A DNA stretch of 64,000 nt from Nitrospirota bacterium (GTDB lineage: Bacteria; Nitrospirota; UBA9217), in contig CAVTRN010000001.1 of NCBI GenBank assembly GCA_963737155.1, positions 608,001-672,000 on the forward strand, written 5' to 3'. Below are positions 20,145 through 31,347 of the stretch, one piece after another (positions within the stretch are counted from its first letter, which is position 1; every line of letters starts with the position of its first letter). The translations under genes were made by a program, and so were the position numbers. Under the pieces are notes generated by a model that saw nothing but the letters and a program-made list of their open reading frames with translations, did no database searches and was not told the origin of the DNA.

Positions 20145-20173
20145 ACTATATCCAAAACCCTTGCAGGTGTCAA
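20145..20173 (-). promoter_or_regulatory. Sigma70 promoter of the tRNA-Gln/tRNA-Glu operon
   Basis: TTGACA-N17-TATAGT on the minus strand, about 20 bp upstream of tRNA-Gln. Confidence 0.85.
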
Positions 20174-20818
20174 GGGTAAAAAAGTTCGATTTGCCTTAAA
20201 ATGTCCACGATTTTACCCCTTTCCCCCAAATAATAACCGATTGCTTTGCTTGCATCAGACTCAGTCCCTCCATCTGTCGAAAGGAGAGTATCAATGCAGT
20301 GCTTGAGCGGTCTTGCTGAATGACTGTCGCCAATTAGCTGCTCTCCTGGCGATTAAATTATCCACTTTCTTCCCTTATTACCAACACTTCCCGAAGAAAG
20401 CCAGTGGTTTGAACCCTGGGGATAAATACGGGAACTTCGCGACGACCGGGTAAATGTTTAACTCTATGATATACTTAACATTACAATGTCTAGTCATTTT
20501 ACTACCGCATCCTTCATCCACGAGTTTCACATCGTGACGGTTCCTAGAGATACCCACAAGATAACGACTCGGGCGTACAAAACGGTCGAGGATACGAATT
20601 CGGAGAACACGAAAAACCGCGGTTCGAACGCAAGGGTCTAAGACACACATGAGACTAAGACCGAACTATTCAATGTGGTCATCACGCCATTGCATCCCTG
20701 ACTTGTTATTTTTGCTCTCAGGAGATGACAATGAGCCCCTTGGCTTTAGCAAAAGGAAATGCTGAGAGTAATACCGGCATTGTTTCAATACTGTTATAGG
20801 AAGAATAGGTAATCATTC

Positions 20819-22480
20819 ATGAACCCAGATAAGATTAAAACAGTCTATGTAATCGGCCATACAACGCCGGATACCGATTCGGTGTGCTCCGCTATAGCCT
20901 ATGCCTATTTTAAGAACGTGACAGACAAGCGGTTTCTGTTTACACCAGTCCGTGCCGGCAAGCTGAACCATGAAACTGTATTCGTGCTTGAAAAGTTCGA
21001 CATCCCTCCTTCAGCGGAAATCGACAGCCTAGTGGCCACGGTGAGTGATCTGGAACTCAAACGTCCGATTGCCGTCGGGGTGCGTGACTCCATCCAGTTT
21101 CTAGCACTCCTCATGCGCGAGCAGGGAGTGCGCTCGGTCCCAGTCGTGGACGACTCTGGCAGGCTGGCGGGCGTTGTGGGCCTGAAGGACATTGCCCGCC
21201 ACTACATGGACAGCGTGGGTTTCGCGGATCTGACCAAAGCCCCCATTGAGCTCGATATCCTGCTGAAAACGCTCGACGGACGCGTTATAAGCAACACGAA
21301 ACAGATCACTGTGCTGACCGGCAGGGTGCTGATCGCCGCCATGCAACGCGGAACCATGCTGAATCGGGTCCGTTCCGGCGATGTCGTTGTTACGGGCGAC
21401 CAGAACGACATACAGCTCGAGCTTGTCCGGATGGGCTGCTCTGCGGTTATTGTGACAGACGATGCTCCGATCGCAAACGAGGTCATTACAGCTGCCAGGG
21501 AGAAAGACATACTACTCATCTCGTCGCGCCATCCCGCTTTTGCCACGGTTCAGTTGATGACCATGTCGGAGCCCGTATCCTCGATTATGACCACCACCTG
21601 CCCTACGGTCGGTCTTTACACGCCCATTGCCGAAGTGCGGTCGAAGATTTTGGAATCGGAGTACCGTTCGGTGGTGGTCGTGGACAGCGACACTCGCCTG
21701 ATTGGCTTTGTAACGCGGACTGACCTGTTGAAGCCTGTGCGTAAGATGGCCATTCTGGTGGACCACAACGAACTTTCGCAGGCTGTGGATGGCATTGAGG
21801 AAGCGGAGATTCTCGAGATCATCGACCACCACCGTGTGGGAGACATCTCCACCACGGCGCCGATCTACGTATACAACGACCCCGTCGGCAGCACCTGTAC
21901 CGTCGTTGCCGGGATCATGTTCCTGTACCAGACCCATATTCCGAAAGAAATCGCTGGTATCCTGCTCTCCGGCATCCTGTCGGACACCCTGCTATTGACG
22001 CTCTCAACCACCACGGAGCGGGACCGGACTATTGCCCATCGCCTTGCCGAAATTGCAGGCATCGAGACCCAATCCTATGCCAAGGAACTGCTACATGAAA
22101 GCATTAATCTCGATAACAAAAGCGCGGCCCAGCTGATCGCTGCGGACTTCAAGGAATTCCTGATCGGCGGCAAAAAACTCGGTATAAGCCAAATGATGTC
22201 GCTGGACTGCGCTGAAATCGACGCGCGGGAACGGGAACTAGTGGCTGAATTGGAGCGTTTGCGCTCGGAAAACAGCTATGATCTCGCGGTACTGCTGGTG
22301 CTGAATCCCCTCGGCAAAGGGCAGGAGCGAATCCTGGTTAGGGGGGAAACTTGGATCGTGGAAAAGGCATTCAACGTGAAGGTTGTGAATGACACCTGCA
22401 CGGTCTATCGCGTCATGTCGCGGAAGAAGGACTTCATCCCCGCCATAGGGCAGGTGCTCAGCATGGGACAAGGGCTGTAG
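20819..22480 (+). CDS. ppaC: Mn-dependent family II inorganic pyrophosphatase with CBS-DRTGG-CBS insert
   Basis: GH..PDTDS, LVDHNE, IIDHH, ILSDT, DFKEF, SRKK motifs; CBS/DRTGG insert. Confidence 0.93.
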   Translation: MNPDKIKTVYVIGHTTPDTDSVCSAIAYAYFKNVTDKRFLFTPVRAGKLNHETVFVLEKFDIPPSAEIDSLVATVSDLELKRPIAVGVRDSIQFLALLMREQGVRSVPVVDDSGRLAGVVGLKDIARHYMDSVGFADLTKAPIELDILLKTLDGRVISNTKQITVLTGRVLIAAMQRGTMLNRVRSGDVVVTGDQNDIQLELVRMGCSAVIVTDDAPIANEVITAAREKDILLISSRHPAFATVQLMTMSEPVSSIMTTTCPTVGLYTPIAEVRSKILESEYRSVVVVDSDTRLIGFVTRTDLLKPVRKMAILVDHNELSQAVDGIEEAEILEIIDHHRVGDISTTAPIYVYNDPVGSTCTVVAGIMFLYQTHIPKEIAGILLSGILSDTLLLTLSTTTERDRTIAHRLAEIAGIETQSYAKELLHESINLDNKSAAQLIAADFKEFLIGGKKLGISQMMSLDCAEIDARERELVAELERLRSENSYDLAVLLVLNPLGKGQERILVRGETWIVEKAFNVKVVNDTCTVYRVMSRKKDFIPAIGQVLSMGQGL

Positions 22481-22584
22481 ACCAGTGCGGGATAAAAACA
22501 GCCGCGTTCATTCCTTATTATGATCATGGGAAATCAGGAATTAAGGAACCGCCTGTTTGTTCTTTTTTACGAGCCGATGGACTC

Positions 22585-22848
22585 TTATTTCATCATGGCA
22601 TCCTTCTGTTCACGACTCCTAAGAAACCATTGAGATAAATCGATATCATAGTATAGCGTATAATCATAATGATCGCTTCCCTGCAAGGCGAAGAACCTCT
22701 TCTGTTTTCTGGTCTTGTACTCTTCCTCCACCCATACCCGCAGGATACGAATCACAGTAACTCTAATTCCTTCGAACAGGAGCGAGCTCGGCCGCTCCGC
22801 GCCGCGGTAGCCTTCATAAATTGTGACCTCAATCCGGATATCAGCCAT
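22585..22848 (-). CDS. Small hypothetical protein
   Basis: YEGYRGAERP...W......KRFF......Y.LYYD....W pattern; GAGGT RBS. Confidence 0.65.
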   Translation of the reverse strand: MADIRIEVTIYEGYRGAERPSSLLFEGIRVTVIRILRVWVEEEYKTRKQKRFFALQGSDHYDYTLYYDIDLSQWFLRSREQKDAMMK

Positions 22849-23094
22849 ACTACCTCACCCCAGCTTCTCCCGCTTTTACATTCCATGAATTAATGTAACA
22901 GTCTTCCCGGCATTTATATTAACGCATGCGATTACCTCTTGTCGATGCTTAGTTTGCGAGTCCTTGATCAACTCGCACCAGCGTTCCGCATTAACTAGAA
23001 GCTGACAAAATGGGTTCTCTTTATTGTCTGAACACCGCTTTCGTGATACTAGCGTTACCATCTCTTCCGGCCTTCGGGCCGTGGAGGATGTCAA

Positions 23095-23360
23095 CTGTGC
23101 AAAAGACCGCGTCCTGTTTCTACCTTCCGTTTTCGCTGCATGGAAGGCCTTGTCCGCCTAGGTAAGGATATCTTCCATCGATCTGCCATCGCTAGCATAG
23201 GCGCGGATACCGCCGTTGATCGTGATCCAGATAGGGCCTTCGGCTATTCCACCAAACTCTGTATCCTCGACCTTTTTTCGGATACACTCAGCCATTTCCC
23301 GCTCGGAGTCCCTGCTTTCCGGCATGAGGACACGAATTCTTCTCCCCAAAGCGCGCTGTC
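23095..23360 (-). pseudogene. Diguanylate cyclase (GGDEF) C-terminal relic
   Basis: ARFG(G)EEF broken by a frameshift, then VLMPE...AECIRKKVE...ITINGGI..Y..DG.SMEDILT*ADKAFHAAKTEGRNR. Confidence 0.8.
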
Positions 23361-23406
23361 CCGCACTGAAAAGACGGGGTTTTACTAAGCAAAAGAATGA
23401 GCGGTG

Positions 23407-24708
23407 TTAGCGGTAGGGATAGAAGACGAAGAACAGCAAAGACAGCGCTGCGAATATCCACATCCCGGGATGCACTTCTCGGCGCCTGCCGCTGAGAGTT
23501 TTCAAAACGGGGTGCGTGAGCAATCCCGCGGTCATGCCCACGCCTATGTTGTACGTGAAGACCATTAGCACGATCGTAAGAAAAGCGGGAACCAACTCGG
23601 TATAGTCGCTGAAGTCAAGCCTGGCGACCGGGGTGATCATGAGAATGCCAATCATGATCAGAGCCGAGCCGTATGCATGGGCGGGCACCGCTGTCAGGAC
23701 TGGAGAAAAGAACAGGGCCAGCAGGAACAGGCCCGCCACGACCAACGCGGTAAAGCCCGTGCGCCCGCCCTCGGCGATTCCCGCGGCGGACTCGATATAA
23801 GCGCCTGTGGTTGTGGTGCCAAGGAGCGGCGAAACCAAGTTCGCCACGGCGTCAGCGAGCATCGGCTTCTCGATTTCCGGCAAATTCCCCTTTTCGTCCA
23901 GTAGTCCACCCTGGGCGGACAGCCCAAGCAGCGTTCCAACCGTGTCCACGAAAGCCATCACGAAAATAATAAGTGCGACGGGTAAGCTTTTAATGCTCAG
24001 GGCATCGGCGATATTCAGTTGCAGGGCGATTGGAGTGAGCGTGGGCGGCATGCTCATCCATGCCGATGGAATCGGTGTCACCGATCCCAGGAACGATAAG
24101 ACCGTAACGACGAGAACTCCGATGATAATTGCGCCCCTGATCCGCCTGATCATCAGAACCGTTATAATAAGGAAACCGAGAACAGCAAGCAGTACCGAGG
24201 GCTGTGATAGCCTTCCCAGGCTGACCGGCGCTCCGGGCACGCCAGGCACGACGATTCCCGTTTCATTCAGGCCAATGAAGGCGAGAAAAAGACCGATGCC
24301 CACAGAAAAGCTGAGTTTAAGATTCTGCGGGAGCGTCTCCGCCAGCCATGACCGGACTTTCAAGACCGTGAGCATCGTGAACAGGGCCCCGGCGATAAAA
24401 ATCGCGCCGAGCGCCGTCTGCCATGGGTAGCCGAGAGCTTTCACAATGGTGAATGCAATGAAGGCGTTCTCGCCCATGTATGGGGCAAGCGCAAAAGGGC
24501 GCCTCGCATAAATCCCCATGATCAGCGTGCCAAAAGCGGCTGACAGGATGGTGGCGGTCGTGGACGGTCCCCGGGGGATGCCGGCTGCTTCGAGGATAGC
24601 AGGATTCACGATGATAATGTACGCCATGGTGAGAAAAGTCGTAAGCCCCGCCAGTGCCTCCTGTTTGTAATTCGTGCCATATTTACCAAATTCGAAATAG
24701 TCCTTCAT
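23407..24708 (-). CDS. NCS2/AzgA-family purine (guanine/hypoxanthine) permease
   Basis: E.LAGLTTFLTMAYII.VNP.IL, LAPYMGENAF, YIESAAGI.EGGRTG. Confidence 0.95.
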   Translation of the reverse strand: MKDYFEFGKYGTNYKQEALAGLTTFLTMAYIIIVNPAILEAAGIPRGPSTTATILSAAFGTLIMGIYARRPFALAPYMGENAFIAFTIVKALGYPWQTALGAIFIAGALFTMLTVLKVRSWLAETLPQNLKLSFSVGIGLFLAFIGLNETGIVVPGVPGAPVSLGRLSQPSVLLAVLGFLIITVLMIRRIRGAIIIGVLVVTVLSFLGSVTPIPSAWMSMPPTLTPIALQLNIADALSIKSLPVALIIFVMAFVDTVGTLLGLSAQGGLLDEKGNLPEIEKPMLADAVANLVSPLLGTTTTGAYIESAAGIAEGGRTGFTALVVAGLFLLALFFSPVLTAVPAHAYGSALIMIGILMITPVARLDFSDYTELVPAFLTIVLMVFTYNIGVGMTAGLLTHPVLKTLSGRRREVHPGMWIFAALSLLFFVFYPYR

Positions 24709-24875
24709 AATGGTAAAAAATAGTATAATTCATCAGAAAAGGCAAGGTGAAAGCAGCAAATGGCGGCGCGGTCGCGGGGGCCGGGAATGCTGCTCGCTTT
24801 TCAATAAACTGCGGAAAAAGCGATAATTAATCGTAATAGACACGCAAATTCGTGGTCGATGTGGTCAGCTTTACC

Positions 24876-24905
24876 TTGACAAAGGTTGGGAAATCGACAT
24901 AATAT
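24876..24905 (+). promoter_or_regulatory. Putative sigma70 promoter of the ArnA-like gene
   Basis: TTGACA followed by CATAAT (16-bp spacer) or TAATAT (18-bp spacer). Confidence 0.5.
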
Positions 24906-25009
24906 TATTCGCTTCCTCTGGACGGGACCGTGTTTGCGCTGCTTCCATGCCCAGCTATGACGCACGGGAAGGAGAGTGTTTTTCCCCAGTTTACGAAAGG
25001 GTACAAATA

Positions 25010-26050
25010 ATGAGCCTTAAAATTTTAATCCTCGGCGTCAATGGATTCATCGGCAACAGCCTGACAGAGTATATTCTGAAAAATAGGGCTTGGGAAGTCT
25101 ACGGCATGGACATGGCCGCGGATAAACTCGATCAGTGCCTCGGCCATGAGCGCTTCCATTTCGTAGAGGGTGACATTACTATCAATAGAGAATGGATCGA
25201 ATACCACGTCAAGAAATGCGATGCAGTCCTCCCTCTTGTCGCGATAGCAACGCCGGCAACGTACGTTGCGGATCCGCTGAGGGTATTCGAGTTGGACTTT
25301 GAGGCGAATCTCTACATTGTGCGCATGTGCGTGCGATACAAAAAGAGGGTGCTCTTCCCTTCCACCTCGGAAGTCTACGGTATGAGTCTGGACCATGAGT
25401 TTAACGAGGAAACGTCGAACCTCGTGCTCGGCCCAATCGGCAAACAACGCTGGATCTATTCTTGCTCAAAACAGCTAATGGATCGCGTGATCCATGCCTA
25501 CGGAATGAAGGAAGGTCTCAAGTACACGCTTTTTCGGCCTTTCAACTGGATCGGTCCGAAGCTCGACAACATCCTTGAACCCAAGGAAGGAAGTTCCCGA
25601 GTGCTTACCCAGTTCATTGGCAATATTCTGCGCGGCAAAGATATCAAGCTTGTAGATGGCGGGGCCCAACGTCGGAGCTTCACGTATATCGATGACGGCA
25701 TCGATGCGCTGAGCCGTATCATTGAGAACAGGGACAATGCCGCTGACGGTCGTATTTTTAACATCGGTACGCCCCAGAATGACATGTCCATTAGGAATTT
25801 AGCAGAGACGCTTATCGAACTCATCAAGACTTATCCCAAATACGCGACTCTCGCCGACAAAGTGAAGCTGGTAGATGTGCCCTCCAGCGAATATTACGGT
25901 GAAGGCTACCAGGACATTCTGACACGCGTGCCGTCAATCAGGAATGCTGAAAAGTACCTTGGCTGGAAGCCGACAACGGACGTCAAAACCGCACTTAAGA
26001 AGACGCTGGATTATCATCTCGGCCGGCCTTCAAGTGAACTAAGCGAATAG
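25010..26050 (+). CDS. Stand-alone ArnA-type UDP-glucuronate oxidase/decarboxylase domain
   Basis: LILGVNGFIG, WIEYHVKKCD, STSEVYG, RWIYSCSKQL, FRPFNWIGP. Confidence 0.9.
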   Translation: MSLKILILGVNGFIGNSLTEYILKNRAWEVYGMDMAADKLDQCLGHERFHFVEGDITINREWIEYHVKKCDAVLPLVAIATPATYVADPLRVFELDFEANLYIVRMCVRYKKRVLFPSTSEVYGMSLDHEFNEETSNLVLGPIGKQRWIYSCSKQLMDRVIHAYGMKEGLKYTLFRPFNWIGPKLDNILEPKEGSSRVLTQFIGNILRGKDIKLVDGGAQRRSFTYIDDGIDALSRIIENRDNAADGRIFNIGTPQNDMSIRNLAETLIELIKTYPKYATLADKVKLVDVPSSEYYGEGYQDILTRVPSIRNAEKYLGWKPTTDVKTALKKTLDYHLGRPSSELSE

Positions 26051-26307
26051 CGGCTTTGGAGAGCACGGCAAAGAAGGGGAAATATAAACTTTAATTGGAG
26101 TCTTTTTATGGTCGAGTTTTTTTCGGTATCTCATAGTCAGCCTCGAAACCCGTGCAAATGAAAACGTGTAACGGTTTGAGGAAAAGCAATACGGGTTATT
26201 GACAACCGAAAAATTCTACGGAGGATGGGGCAGACAGCACAGGTTAAGCACATGGAATCACTACGATTTCATGCTTAGCACCCTGCGCTATGCCCAATGC
26301 GCATTTT

Positions 26308-27114
26308 ATGAACTACATCGATTTCCACACCCACATCTTTCCGAACAAGATCGCGAAGCAGGCAATGAATGCCCTTGCCGCTGAGTCCGGCCACTACCAG
26401 CCCCAATCAGACGGTACGCTGCAAGGTCTACTCGAATCCATGAAGAGGGCTGGCATTTCGGCGAGTCTCGTTGCGAACATCGCCACGAAGCCGGCCCAGA
26501 TGGTCCCGATCCTCGAATTCTGCAAGCAGATCAAGAGCGAAACCATCCATCCATTGATTTCTTTTCATCCATCTAACAACTCGGAAGAGGTCGAGGAGAT
26601 ATTCGGGGAGGCCCACCGGTCAGGTATACGCGGCGTTAAGCTGCATCCCATGTATCAGCAATTCTTCATCGATGACAAATATATGTATGGCTTTTACGAG
26701 CTGATGGCGAGTTTCGGATTCTTTGTCATGTTCCACAGCGGATACGACATTGCCTTCCCGACCAACAGGCAGGCGGACGTTGAGCGGATCAAAAAGGTTG
26801 CGGATTGGTTCAAAGACCTCACCATTGTCTGCACCCATGTTGGAGGTTGGAAGCAGTGGGACCGGATCGACTGCCTCAGCGAGTGCCAAAACGTTTATAC
26901 GGAGACATCAATGACCCTGAGCGAAGTAGGCGACGAAGAGTTCGTGAGGCTCATCGGTCATTTTAACGATGATCGGCTGCTTTTCGGAAGCTACAGCCCC
27001 TGGACAGACCAGAAAGAAATGCTTGAGCGAACCGTGCAATTGAAAATAACTGACAGGTTGAAAGAGAAGATGCTTTACGAGAACGCCGCGGTGCTGCTCG
27101 GCCTGAACAAGTGA
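26308..27114 (+). CDS. Amidohydrolase_2 family metallo-hydrolase
   Basis: IDFHTH, GVKLHP, FHSG, THVGG, LLFGS(Y).PW. Confidence 0.88.
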   Translation: MNYIDFHTHIFPNKIAKQAMNALAAESGHYQPQSDGTLQGLLESMKRAGISASLVANIATKPAQMVPILEFCKQIKSETIHPLISFHPSNNSEEVEEIFGEAHRSGIRGVKLHPMYQQFFIDDKYMYGFYELMASFGFFVMFHSGYDIAFPTNRQADVERIKKVADWFKDLTIVCTHVGGWKQWDRIDCLSECQNVYTETSMTLSEVGDEEFVRLIGHFNDDRLLFGSYSPWTDQKEMLERTVQLKITDRLKEKMLYENAAVLLGLNK

Positions 27115-27338
27115 TGAAGCACCCTGTCGCAGCCTTCTGATGCCGGTATTGTTGCCGCATCGGCCTGTCAGCCCAATGCTCAGTTCATATATCCTCTCCC
27201 CTTCTTCTGTAGAATACAGAGCTTCACTTCACCTGCCCTCACGATACCGCAGCGAATGCCGCTTCAATTCCATTTTCGATACTTGACTCGAATCAGGGAG
27301 CGGGCTACGGCTACGTTCACAGATCCAACTGGGGAAAA

Positions 27339-27746
27339 TCAGAAACTCAGTGTTTTATCGTTACGTTTACGATAGTAATTAATGATCGGCCAGTCCGCAT
27401 CAGCCCAGTCAAGACCATGCAACTCCTCCGGCGCAAGCCAGACAATGGCTTTGTGTTCGTGGAGCACGATTTCACCGGAAACTATCGTGCAGCGGGAGGG
27501 GTAAAGAGTCACCGAAAAAGTCGGATAGGAATATGTTACCTCGGGGAACGGTTCGTGAATCATCACCTCAATCCCCAATTCCTCCCTTACTTCACGCTTC
27601 AAGCATTCCGATGCAGTTTCGCCCTCATCAATCTTTCCGCCGGGAAATTCCCATTTTAAAGGCAAGCTCATGTGCTCGCTTCTCTGGGCTGCGAGGACTT
27701 TTCCGTTTTGCTCTATTATGGCACAGGCCACACGTAAGGATTTCAT
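27339..27746 (-). CDS. MutT/NudG-like Nudix hydrolase
   Basis: WEFPGGKIDEGE....CLKREVREELG Nudix box. Confidence 0.93.
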   Translation of the reverse strand: MKSLRVACAIIEQNGKVLAAQRSEHMSLPLKWEFPGGKIDEGETASECLKREVREELGIEVMIHEPFPEVTYSYPTFSVTLYPSRCTIVSGEIVLHEHKAIVWLAPEELHGLDWADADWPIINYYRKRNDKTLSF

Positions 27747-28351
27747 GTTTTCCTGGAAGAATAGGTTTCCGCTTTCGCTGAATAGCGATCGCTGTCACTC
27801 GCTAATTAAAGGTCCTTGAAGGGTTGATGTTGCCTCAATCGGGCATTGCGAATCAAAAAAGCTCCGGACGGTCGGCTGGGTTCCGGCTTAGTGACCCTGT
27901 GCCTTGCCCGCTACGAACGTTTTCTGGTTTACATCGCAAAGGACTCGGCAAAAAGACCGTAGAGGTAGTTGTCACGCAAGTCCAATTTTTTCGTGAAGGG
28001 AAGCCTTTGTAACGTCTTCAATGCCCCTGATGTCCGAGGGTTTCACATTCTTTTCGTCGAACTTTTTTTGTAAAAAGGGACGAAGGAATAGACCCGCAAG
28101 CAAACATTCTTCAGGCGTTCACCCTGCAGCTTGCTCAAATCTTGTCGTGACAGGAATTCTTCTGTACTCCAAAGCATAGGCGTCTCCTACGGGCAAGGAT
28201 TCTATCGGGATAGGAGTTTGATTCATAGAGGGGCGCCGATTATTATAAAACGGTATACATTATTTTGTAAATAAAATTCATACTATATGTTGAGCCCGAA
28301 TGCGAGATTTTGCTATAATATCGGCACATCGTATAAGCAAAGAATGAACCT

Positions 28352-28757
28352 ATGGACACTATTAAAAAATTTGTTGATGCGGACCATTTTGCAAAACTTG
28401 TCGGTGTTGAGATACTTGAATATTCGCCCGGAAGGCTAAGGCCCGGATGATTCTTCAACAGCATGACCTAAACAGCACCGGCACCGTTCACGGGGGGGCC
28501 TTTTCTCGCTCGCCAACACGGTCTTCTCCGTGGCTTCCAACTACCACGGCACCCTTGCTATGGCGATTAACGTGGGCATTTCGTTCTTCAAGTCAGTGAA
28601 GAGCGGGATCCTTATCGCTGAAGGCTGGGATGTGTCGTTCAACCCCAAGCTGGCCACTTACTTGATCGATGTGAAGGATGATGCCGGCAATGCAGTCGCC
28701 CTGTTCTAGGGCACTGTATATCGGAAGAAGGATCCAATCGCCGATATCATAAAATGA
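28352..28757 (+). pseudogene. PaaI/hot-dog thioesterase pseudogene
   Basis: MDTIKKFVDADHFAKLVGVEILE...LNSTGTVHGGA.FSLA...ALF*GTVYRK with two frameshifts and an in-frame TAG. Confidence 0.85.
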
Positions 28758-29106
28758 TGTCACCATCGCACAACGGACAAAGATAAGACACGGTTATGAT
28801 CAATAGAACAGGAAGCAAGCTTGTTTATGCTGTCCCTGTTTTCTGCAAAATTTATATTTTCCAGCTTCTATCCCTATTTGTCTGCTCAATAGCCTTGTTT
28901 ACATGCTCCCTCCATGTAACAATATTTTTCAGGAATAATTATATGACAGAAGGACAAATACGCAATTGCTGAGAACACAGTGTTAATCATATCGCGCATG
29001 TTTCCATTGACAGGAAATCTAATTAGTAGTAGCCTTATGAATACTGATTATGAAGCAAATATGAAGCACACGGAGAGATGTCTACTATTTGAAGGAGGGA
29101 TATGTC

Positions 29107-29307
29107 ATGTTTGAAGGACTATTCAGACCAATGCATTTGCTCTTAATTCTTTTAATCGTGTTGATAATATTCGGACCTGGAAAGCTTCCTGAGATTGGAG
29201 AAGGATTGGGAAAAAGTATACGGTCATTTAAAAAAGCCATGTCAGGAGATAAAGAATTAAAAGATGAACAGAAGCCTGATGAAAAACAAAATGAAAAAGA
29301 GAGTTGA
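29107..29307 (+). CDS. tatA: Twin-arginine translocase TatA/E subunit
   Basis: [26 protein letters not shown]; GGAGG RBS. Confidence 0.93.
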   Translation: MFEGLFRPMHLLLILLIVLIIFGPGKLPEIGEGLGKSIRSFKKAMSGDKELKDEQKPDEKQNEKES

Positions 29308-30360
29308 TGAGAATTCAATATAGGCGACTTGAAATTATTTCAACATTAGAATGAAAATAATACTATTGATACTACTCTCGCCCTATCTATGAGTCGCGTT
29401 AAGGTTGAGTGTGACTCCCCCCATATGTCGTTATACGCTGTATCCGCACTGATCGATGCAACCACCTGATTATGCAGGACTTTTAACCTTAACTACTGTG
29501 CTTATTCTTTTCCCTTTATGCTATGTTTTGGTGCTTCCCTCACTCGTTTCGAGCGCGTTTTTCCCTACCACTTCCAAAACTTGCTTAAGTTCCGCTCTTT
29601 CGTCCTTTTCCTTCAAACAGTATCTCCAGGTCGCTCGTCCCTTCCAGAGCGCTTCCCAAGTGACGGGATATATGCTCATTGTCTCTGGATGAAAGTTTTC
29701 CATACCCAGAACGTTTATTTCATTAAAGGACGGTTCGCCTGCTCTTATTGCAACGCTTCCTTAAGACCGACCGTTTTGCTGGACTTATTGCATGGGATAG
29801 CGGCCAGATCTAGATCCAACGTAAGGAGGACGGCACTGCCTTTTTTTGAACGCAGTTTCTAATGCTGAGACGTGAAACCCTTGAATCCCCGGCAAACTTG
29901 TGAGATAATCGTAGTGCATCCGGAAGGAACCGCGTTGTCGAACGATTGCAGGTCATTTGCAAGACGGTATATCTTTTCGGATACTTATTCAATCTATAGT
30001 TTCGTGCCAAGAGCTTCGTAAACAAATGACTTGAACTTTTTTGGTTGATTCAGTATTGTCTTAAGAAGCATATCTTTGCTTATCATGACATGATATTCTT
30101 TCGAGAGAACCATCATACTTTAAATCGGAAAGTTTTGCTTTATTTTTGATTATTCCAATTTACAGACCGCAATTTATGCGGAACAGACACTTTGGCTCCT
30201 TACCAAAATCTGTTGATGAAAAAGTCTCTCATTGCGGCATAGCTATTAATGCTGATTTAGAATTGCATTGACAGTGCATTTTACCATTTCTGTCTTCATC
30301 CATCGTTGCTTACAACGTAGATGCTAAATCTGACCATGACATTTATTAGCCCTGGTAATC

Positions 30361-31347
30361 ATGCGTAATTTCAGGTCAAACACGGAATTGTTATCTAAAA
30401 AACGTCAGCGGATTCAGCGGAGGCCCCGCTTCTTCAATACAAGTATGCAGCCCGATCTGCCAAGTGCGACCGACAAATGGAGAAAACGGGTTTCTTTGGT
30501 GAAAACGATGCCTCAAGCAACACTCATGACGACTTTTCTATATGTAGTAGTAATGCTGCTCTTTGGTCCTCGCGCTTGGGCACAACAAACTGCGGAGAAG
30601 AAAGTGGAATGGACAAACTTGGCAGCCGGTATTGAATATGCTGAGTATCCTTTCGGCGAAATGCAGACAGAAGCCGACGTACTCCACGTGGTCCGGATTA
30701 ACCCTCACCGCGCACAACTCGTTGCACTAAGCCGGGGCAAACATGACTCCCACGGAAGGACGGCTCAACAGTGGTGCGAAGATTTCGACCTCGTGGCTGT
30801 TATCAACGCGGGCATGTATGATGTTGATCTCATGACCCATATAGGATATATGAAAACGCCAACAACCGTGAACAACAAAAGATGGAATAAAACCTATGAA
30901 AGCGTGTTGCTTCTGGACGGCACCGCTATGACCCTTCCACGGGCGGGGATAAGGGACCGCTCTGACCTCAATGAAACAATTCTTAAGTCGTTCGGTACCG
31001 TGATTCAGAATCTACGGCTTATTAAGAACCCGGGCATCAATGTATGGAGGCCACAATCAAGAGCATGGAGCGAGGCTGCAATCGCGGAAGACGTCAGTGG
31101 AAATATTCTCTTTCTCTTTTCACGAAAGCCCTATACAATGTTTGAGTTTGTCGAAAGACTTCTGCAAACCGACCTTCATATAGTGCGAGCCATGCATGTG
31201 GAAGGCGGTCCTGAATCAAGCCTTTCCCTCTGCTCAGACACTAAAAAGCTTCACTTGGCGGGCAAAAGCGAAACCAGTTTTCAGGACACCGACGACGATG
31301 GAATGGTACAGTTGGTGATTCCCAATATCATAGGTGTTAAGCGATAG
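30361..31347 (+). CDS. Exported phosphodiester glycosidase (NAGPA/DUF2233) family protein; true start probably about 30508-30526
   Basis: HVVRINP, AVINAGMY, SEAAIAED..G..LF, AMHVEGG, PNIIGV; signal peptide ending AWA. Confidence 0.7.
   Translation: MRNFRSNTELLSKKRQRIQRRPRFFNTSMQPDLPSATDKWRKRVSLVKTMPQATLMTTFLYVVVMLLFGPRAWAQQTAEKKVEWTNLAAGIEYAEYPFGEMQTEADVLHVVRINPHRAQLVALSRGKHDSHGRTAQQWCEDFDLVAVINAGMYDVDLMTHIGYMKTPTTVNNKRWNKTYESVLLLDGTAMTLPRAGIRDRSDLNETILKSFGTVIQNLRLIKNPGINVWRPQSRAWSEAAIAEDVSGNILFLFSRKPYTMFEFVERLLQTDLHIVRAMHVEGGPESSLSLCSDTKKLHLAGKSETSFQDTDDDGMVQLVIPNIIGVKR

Noticed and set aside
20290-20650. Possible decayed gene between the tRNA promoter and ppaC
   Set aside because: An RBS and broken frames are present but no family is recognisable
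27860-27940. Minus-strand GCAAGGCACAGGG...CAGCCGACCGTCCG resembling parts of c-di-GMP or ZMP riboswitches
   Set aside because: The 5' conserved elements of both families are missing
23158-28709. In-frame TAG codons in the GGDEF and PaaI relics as possible pyrrolysine or recoding
   Set aside because: Both genes also carry frameshifts, and TAG ends normal genes in this window
29400-30330. Short ORFs and an IS-end-like GACTCCCCCCATAT after tatA
   Set aside because: No transposase trace or matching second end found
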